A DNA stretch of 64,000 nucleotides from Macrostomum lignano (taxonomy: Eukaryota), in contig NIVC01001409.1 of NCBI GenBank assembly GCA_002269645.1, positions 186,001-250,000 of the forward strand, in the 5' to 3' direction. Positions 57,777-64,000 of this stretch are shown one piece after another (within the stretch, counting starts at the first letter, position 1; the number at the start of each line of letters is the position of its first letter). A program made the position numbers and the translations under genes. A model generated the notes under the pieces. That model did not search any database, was not told where the DNA came from, and saw only the letters and a list, made by a program, of their open reading frames with translations.

Positions 57777-60700
57777 TCAATAATAGGCAGCGGCGCGCCG
57801 GCGCCGGCGGCCCCCGACGTCGCGCAGCAGGCCGATGATCGAATCCTCGTCATCTTCGTCAAGATCGAGCGTATCGCCAGCCGACATCTCGTCGGAGCGC
57901 CGAAGGTCGCCGGCGATGCGACGCAGCAGGCGCTCGTGTGCGGCCTCGCGTCGGCGAAGCTGGCGACGCTCGCTGGCCAGCAGCTCGGCCAGGAGGGCCA
58001 GGCGGCCCTTCATGTCGGCCGCCGCGTCTCTGGCCTGCCGCTGCTGCTGAGGCGGCGGCTCGCAAGGCGGCCGCAGCTGAACTCGACGAACTCCGGCGGC
58101 TTCGGTGCCAACGACAGGCGTCGGCTGTGGCAGCCAGGCCACCTGGTCGGCACGGAGCCGGCGGTGACGCCTTTGATGCGGCTGCGGCTGCTGTTGCTGC
58201 GGCTGCTGCTGTCGGCTGTTTCTGCCCGTCTCGCAGGGCGATCGGTCCTGGCAAACATTAGCGAGGTTGAGCAGATTGTCGAGTGGGAGAGGCAGACTCT
58301 TGATAGTAATGGGAGATACGAAGGTGAGAGTCTATCAGATGGAAGATGAGATTCTATCAGATGAAGTGAGATTCTATCAGAAAGGAAGGTGAGATTCTAT
58401 CAGATGAGGTGAGATTTTATCAGATGAAGTGAGATTCTATCAGAAAGGAAGGTGAGATTCTATCAGATGAGGTGATATTCTATCCGATGAGGTGAGATTT
58501 TATCAGATGAGGTGAGATTTTATCAGATGGGAAGGAGATTCTATCAGATGAAGTTAGATTTTATCAGATGAGGTGAGATTCCATCAGATGAGGTGAGCTT
58601 TTATCAGATGAGGTGAGATTCTATCAGATGAGGTGAGATTTTATCAGATAAGGTGAGATTCTATCAGATGAGGTGAGATTTTATCAGATGAAGTGAGATT
58701 CTATCAGAAAGGAAGGTGAGATTCTATCAGATGAGGTGAGATTTTATCAGATGAAGCGAGATTCTATCAGAAAGGAAGGTGAGATTCTATCAGATGAGAT
58801 GAGATTTTATCAGATGGGGTGAGTTTCTATCAGAAGGGAAGGTGAGATTCTATCAGATGAGGTGATATTCTATCCGATGAGGTGAGATTTTATCAGATGA
58901 AGTGAGATTCTATCAGAAGGGAAGGTGAGATTCTATCAGATGAGGTTATATTCTATCCGATGAGGTGAGATTCCACCAGAAGGGAAGATGAGATTCTATC
59001 AGATGAGATGAGATTATATCAGATGAGGTGAGATTTTATTAGATGAAGTGAGATTCTATAGGAAAGGAAGGTGAGATTCTATCAGATGAGGTGATATTCT
59101 ATCCGATGAGGTGAGATTCTATCAGATGAGGTGAGATTTTATCAGATGGGGTGAGTTTCTATCAGAAGGGAAGGTGAGATTCTATCAGATGAGGTGATAT
59201 TCTATCCGATGAGGTGAGATTCTATCAGAAGGGAAGGTGAGATTCTATCAGATGGGGTGAGATTGATGGGGTGAGGTGAGATTCTCAGAATCTCAGACAG
59301 AAAATTAAGACTCGAAGTGGTTGAGATGGATAGAAAAATGAAAATCCCAGCCAGCAAAATTCAAATTTCTCATCTGAACGATGCCTTCATCGCTTGTGTC
59401 GCCGTTAGGGGCCGCCTCGGCATCCACGGCGGCGGCGGCGGCGGTGGCGGGCAGCGGAGTCTGCGGCAGCGGCCGGTCGGCTTGGCGCAGCTCGGCCAAC
59501 CGTTTCGCCAGCTCGTTGATCTCCGCGGCCTGGCCAGCGATTCTGTCCAGCTGGTCAGTCAGCCTGCCGTTCAGATTCTCATTCTGCTTTAATTGCTGCT
59601 TTTGGAACACTGCCGGGCTGGTGCCGGCATCTTTCAACTCGGCTGGCTGGCCTCTCCGGCAGTTCAGGTGCAGCGCAACTGACGGACTGAAATGGTGGTA
59701 CAGGTGATGCAGGCGCTGCTGATGAAGCTGGTGCTGCAGCTTCCGGCTTGTCTGCTGCTTGGACCGCCGCTTTAACTGCTGCTGCTGCTGCGGGCGCTCC
59801 GCTTGCGACTGAAAGAAAACGCGAATTTTTGGATTGAAAATCTGACAGTATGACTGCTTTTGATGGGTTCTCATGGACAGGTACGAAGGGACAGGTTCTC
59901 ATGGACAGGTACGAAAGGACAGTTTCTCACGGACAGGTACAAAGGGACAGTTTCTCACGGACAAGTACGAAGGGACAGTTTCTCACGGACAAGTACGAAG
60001 GGACAGTTTCTCACGGACAAGTACGAAGGGACACGTTCTCATGGACAGGTACTAAAGGACAGGTTTTCATAGACAGGTACTAAAGGACAGGTTCTCATGG
60101 ACAGGTACTAAAGGACAGGTTCTTGTGGACAGGTATAAAACAGCTGCTTATTGAAGATGGCAATTTTAAAGAGTAATGATAAGAGAATGATGGCTTGTCA
60201 ACAGACTAAAACCGATACTATGGTCAGGGACTGGGCCAGAGGCAGGCTCAAGAGATACCCAGAAAGCAGAAAGTACCTCTTCCAATTGCGTCTCAGCCGT
60301 GACATCGCCACCATCGCCGCCAGCTGAGCGACCCACCAAGAATTCCATGAGGCCGTGAAAGATCTCCAGCAGATTGCGGATAGCCTCGTAGTTGCCGGAC
60401 ATCAGGTCGGCAGGGCGGATGTGCGACAGTGACACGTGAAGAACATCGTTAGCTAGGCTGTCAATCACGCAAGCCAAGTTGTGTCGCAGGTCCGCCTAAA
60501 ATTTTAAAGGTGAGAAGGGAATTAGGGTGTTGCTTGAAGGGAACAGCGCCTACTGTATGCAAGCTGGGGTTGTTGCTAAAAATAGAACAGCGCCTACTGT
60601 CTGCAAGCTGTTGTTGTTGCTAAAAATAGAACAGCGCCTACTGTCTGCAAGCTGTTGTTGTTGCTAAAAATAGAACAGCGCCTACTGTCTGCAAGCTGGG

Positions 60701-61428
60701 GTTGTTGCTTAAAATAGAACAGCGCCTACTGTCTGCAAGCTGGGGTTGTTGCTAAAAATAGAACAGCGCCTACTGTCTGCAAGCTGGGGTTGTTGCTTAA
60801 AATAGAACAGCGCCTACTGTCTGCAAGCTGGGGTTGTTGCTAAAAATAGAACAGCGCCTACTGTCTGCAAGCTGTTGTTGTTGCTAAAAATAGAACAGCG
60901 CCTACTGTCTGCAAGCTGTTGTTGTTGCTAAAAATAGAACAGCGCCTACTGTCTGCAAGCTGGGGTTGTTGCTTAAAATAGAACAGCGCCTACTGTCTGC
61001 AAGCTGGGGTTGTTGCTAAAAATAGAACAGCGCCTACTGTCTGCAAGCTGTTGTTGTTGCTAAAAATAGAACAGCGCCTACTGTCTGCAAGCTGGGGTTG
61101 TTGCTTAAAATAGAACAGCGCCTACTGTCTGCAAGCTGGGGTTGTTGCTAAAAATAGAACAGCGCCTACTGTATGCAAGCTGGGGTTGTTCTAAAAATAG
61201 AACAGCGCCTACTGTATGCAAGCTGAGGATACCGCTCACCTGGGTCACAGCAGGCCGGATCATCCCAACCCGGCAGTCGCAGCAGATCGCTTCAAACAGC
61301 TGCACTAAGAGCTCCGGCCCAATGTCGGTCAGGCTGCTCACTTGGCCAGGCAGGTCAAGGTTCATTAGAAGGTCATTTGCCATGGCAACATAGTGCTGCT
61401 CACCCAGCTGCTGCTGCCACTCCTCCAT
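57777..61428 (-). CDS. CEP95: CEP95-like centrosomal protein, ~437 aa; exons 61428-61240, 60495-60277, 59808-~59374, 58247-57777
   Basis: The N-terminal domain (YVAMANDLL...HNLACVIDSLANDVLHVSLSHI...AIRNLLEIFHGLMEFL) closely resembles the recalled CEP95 N-terminus ([22 protein letters not shown]...IKNLLEIFDGLLEYL). Exons 3-4 are Q/R-rich and coiled-coil-like. The exon-3 donor is unresolved and an alternative ATG lies at 61443. Confidence 0.75.
58340..59285. repeat. 20-bp array (GAGATTCTATCAGATGAGGT)n in CEP95 intron 3
   Basis: Direct inspection. Confidence 0.93.
59870..60135. repeat. 28-bp array in CEP95 intron 2
   Basis: Unit TCTCACGGACAAGTACGAAGGGACAGTT. Confidence 0.88.
60540..61225. repeat. 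44/45-bp array in CEP95 intron 1
   Basis: Unit AAAATAGAACAGCGCCTACTGTCTGCAAGCTGGGGTTGTTGCT[A/T]; begins ~13 nt from the donor. Confidence 0.94.
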
Positions 61429-62039
61429 GACCCGAAGTAGCATGAAGTTCAATTTTTTTTATGAAGAACGGAAGTCAACAACCTAAAACTTCTTTCTGTA
61501 TAAGATATCAAAATAAAAAAGCGAAAATACTTTTATATATCCAATAATAATAATAACATCAAAAAATTAAAACAGAGAAATCCATATGTATTTTATACAG
61601 AAAAGAAAATTCAAACAAAAATGTTGGTACTTCAACAGCAATATTTACTCATTGGAAGCGAAGACAGCCTTTTGGACAGCACTAAAACCTGGCCTGCAAT
61701 TGAGTTGGTCAACAATGTGAGATCTGTCATATATTTTGCACAGGAAAGGGAGAAAACCTCACAACATTTCAGTATGTAAAAAATGCTAAACATCAAGCAG
61801 AATAGCTTAGAAGATTGAACATCAAGAAGGGAATGCTCATAAATACAATAGGAATGCCTCAATGTTAACTGGTATTGCCTGGATGAAAATATGCTAATGA
61901 CTGTCACCATAAATATACTGCATGCTGAGATCTGCGATTGTGGCTAATGCTGACAAAAATTAAAATTTCATTTGGGGTTAAAGGCTACTGCAGTCTGATC
62001 TAGAGATAAGTCTATAAAATATCCTGCTATGTTCAAGGA

Positions 62040-63225
62040 ATAAACCTAGAGAATATTCCACTCTGATCTCGGGATAAATTTAGAGAATATCTCACTCTGA
62101 TCCAGGGACAAATCTAGAGAATATCCCACTCTGATCCAGGGACAAATCTAGAGAATATCCCACTCTGATCCAGGGACAAATCTAGAGAATATCCCACTCT
62201 GATCTAGGGACAAATCTAGAGAATATCACTCTGATCTAGGGACAAATTTAGAGAATATTCCACTCTGATCTAGGGATAAATTTAGAGAATATCCCACTCT
62301 GATCTAGGGATAAATTTAGAGAATATCCCACTCTGATCTAGGGATATATTTAGAGAATATCCCACTCTGATCTAGGGATATATTTAGAGAATATCCCACT
62401 CTGATCTAGGGATATATTTAGAGAATATCCCACTCTGATCTAGGGATATATTTAGAGAATATCCCACTCTGATCTAGGGATATATTTAGAGAATATTTCA
62501 CTCTGATCTAGGGATAAATTTAGAGAATATCCCACTCTGATCTAGGGATAAATTTAGAGAATATTTCACTCTGATCTAGGGATAAATTTAGAGAATATCC
62601 CACTCTGATTTAGGGATATATTTAGAGAATATCACTCTGATCTAGGGATAATTTAGAGAATATCCCACTCTGATCTAGGAATATATTTAGAGAATATCCC
62701 ACTCTGATCTAGGGATAAATTTAGAGAATATCCCACTCTGATCTAGGGATATATTTAGAGAATATCCCACTCTGATCTAGGGATATATTTAGAGAATATC
62801 CCACTCTGATCTCTAGGGACAAACCTAGAGAATATCCCACTCTGATCTAGGGATAAATTTAGAGAATATTTCACTCTGATCTAGGGATAAATTTAGAGAA
62901 TATCCCACTCTGATCTAGGGATATATTTAGAGAATATCCCACTCTGATCTAGGGATAAATTTAGAGAATATCCAACTCTGATCTAGGGAAAATCTAGAGA
63001 ATATCCAACTCTGATCTAGGGAAAATCTAGAGAATATCCAACTCTGATCTAGGGATAAATCTATATAATATCCCATATTCCACTCTGATCTAGGGACAAA
63101 TCTAGAGAATATCCAACTCTGCTCAAGGGACAAATCTATTTAACATCCCATATCCCACTCTGATCTGGGGACAAATCTATATAATATCCAATATCTCACT
63201 CTGATCCAGGGACAAATCTGAAATC
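62040..63225. repeat. 34-bp array starting ~95 nt after the TBC1D16 stop
   Basis: Unit TAGAGAATATCCCACTCTGATCTAGGGATAAATT. Confidence 0.93.
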
Positions 63226-63321
63226 ACTATTATGGGATTAAAGGATACCAGCTAGGGATAGATCTAACAAAATGCCACTCAGAATACAGGGGCCGAATTA
63301 GATCCCAGAGCTCCCAAGTCG

Positions 63322-63742
63322 TCAGCGCAGGTAACTGCAACTGTGTGGCCTGTCCGGACAGCGGACAATCGGCAGGTGTCCGGAGTCCCACATGCCCGGG
63401 CCGCAGCGGTGGCAGAGCCCGGCCAGGGCGCAGGGCAGGGCCGGCAGGGCGCGGAACCTGGCCAGCAGGCGGCGGGCTCGCCGGAGCAGCGGCGCGGCCT
63501 CCATGCGGCCGGCCAGCTGGGAGAAGTACATCAGCGCCTCGTCGGCCGGCAGGCGCTTCTCGGCGCAGTAATCTCCGTAGGCGTCGATGACGGCCAGGCA
63601 GAGGAACAGGTGAAAATAGTCGGTGACGCAGTGCGCCCAGCAGCACTCCCATAGGCGCAGCGTTTCTTCTAGGGGGAATTCCCGCTTGAAGCAGAGAATC
63701 ATCCAGCGGTGGCAGTAGAGCAGGTCGGGGTCGCCGATGCTC
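63322..63742 (-). CDS. TBC1D16: Last exon of TBC1D16-like Rab-GAP (gene continues beyond the window)
   Basis: LLYCHRWMILCFKREF...LRLWECCWAHCVTDYFHLFLCLA...GMWDSG matches the recalled TBC1D16 C-terminus; CAG acceptor at 63743-63745; TGA at 63322-63324. Confidence 0.88.
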
Positions 63743-63779
63743 CTGTGGGATCAAGGGGGAATGAGATGTACTGGAGAGT

Positions 63780-64000
63780 AGCCAATCAGAATGCAAACTG
63801 ACTGACCAATCAGAGCAGAGGATGACTGTAAACACACTGACCAATCAGAGCAGAGGATGACTGCAAACACACTGATCAATCAGAGCAGAGGATGACTGTA
63901 AACACACTGACCAATCAGAGCAGAGGATGACTGCAAACACACTGACCAATCAGAGCAGAGGATGACTGCAAACACACTGACCAATCAGAGCAGAGGATGA
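63780..64000. repeat. 35-bp array with CCAATCAG in the last TBC1D16 intron (truncated by the window)
   Basis: Unit CTGACCAATCAGAGCAGAGGATGACTGCAAACACA. Confidence 0.9.

Noticed and set aside
57624-58349. Plus-strand ORFs over the last CEP95 exon
   Set aside because: Antisense shadows; the minus-strand frame has a proper acceptor and a coiled-coil-like product.

Overview
Eukaryotic (metazoan) genomic DNA with spliceosomal GT-AG introns and GC-rich exons. The style recalls the flatworm Macrostomum, but that is inference and not shown by the sequence. Six protein-coding genes were reconstructed by hand: a 5'-partial stomatin (+, 1966-13527); a 332-aa tandem cyclic-nucleotide-binding-domain protein (+, 15231-17321); an 8-exon Na+/Ca2+ exchanger (-, 39265-20068) with a 1-nt frameshift in exon 1; a divergent Cdc20/fizzy (-, 56203-49931); a CEP95-like gene (-, 61428-57777); and the last exon of TBC1D16 (-, 63742-63322). 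An intact, apparently very young Ty3/Gypsy element (21941-26500; 222-bp LTRs identical by eye, ATATC target-site duplication, single gag-pol ORF) sits antisense in NCX intron 6. About half of the window (~33 kb, hand estimate) consists of ~36 tandem arrays with units of 2-50 bp, nearly all different from each other. Every complete intron longer than ~250 nt carries its own array, and only the two 86-89 nt introns lack one. Several arrays appear seeded from adjacent functional sequence (a stop codon, a splice donor) or carry potentially functional motifs (decoy 5' splice sites, G-quadruplexes, ARE/AP-1/CCAAT boxes, Pol III A/B-box-like motifs, an inverted array pair). Most long ORFs in the supplied track are artefacts of these arrays. 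Array boundaries and copy numbers are approximate hand counts.
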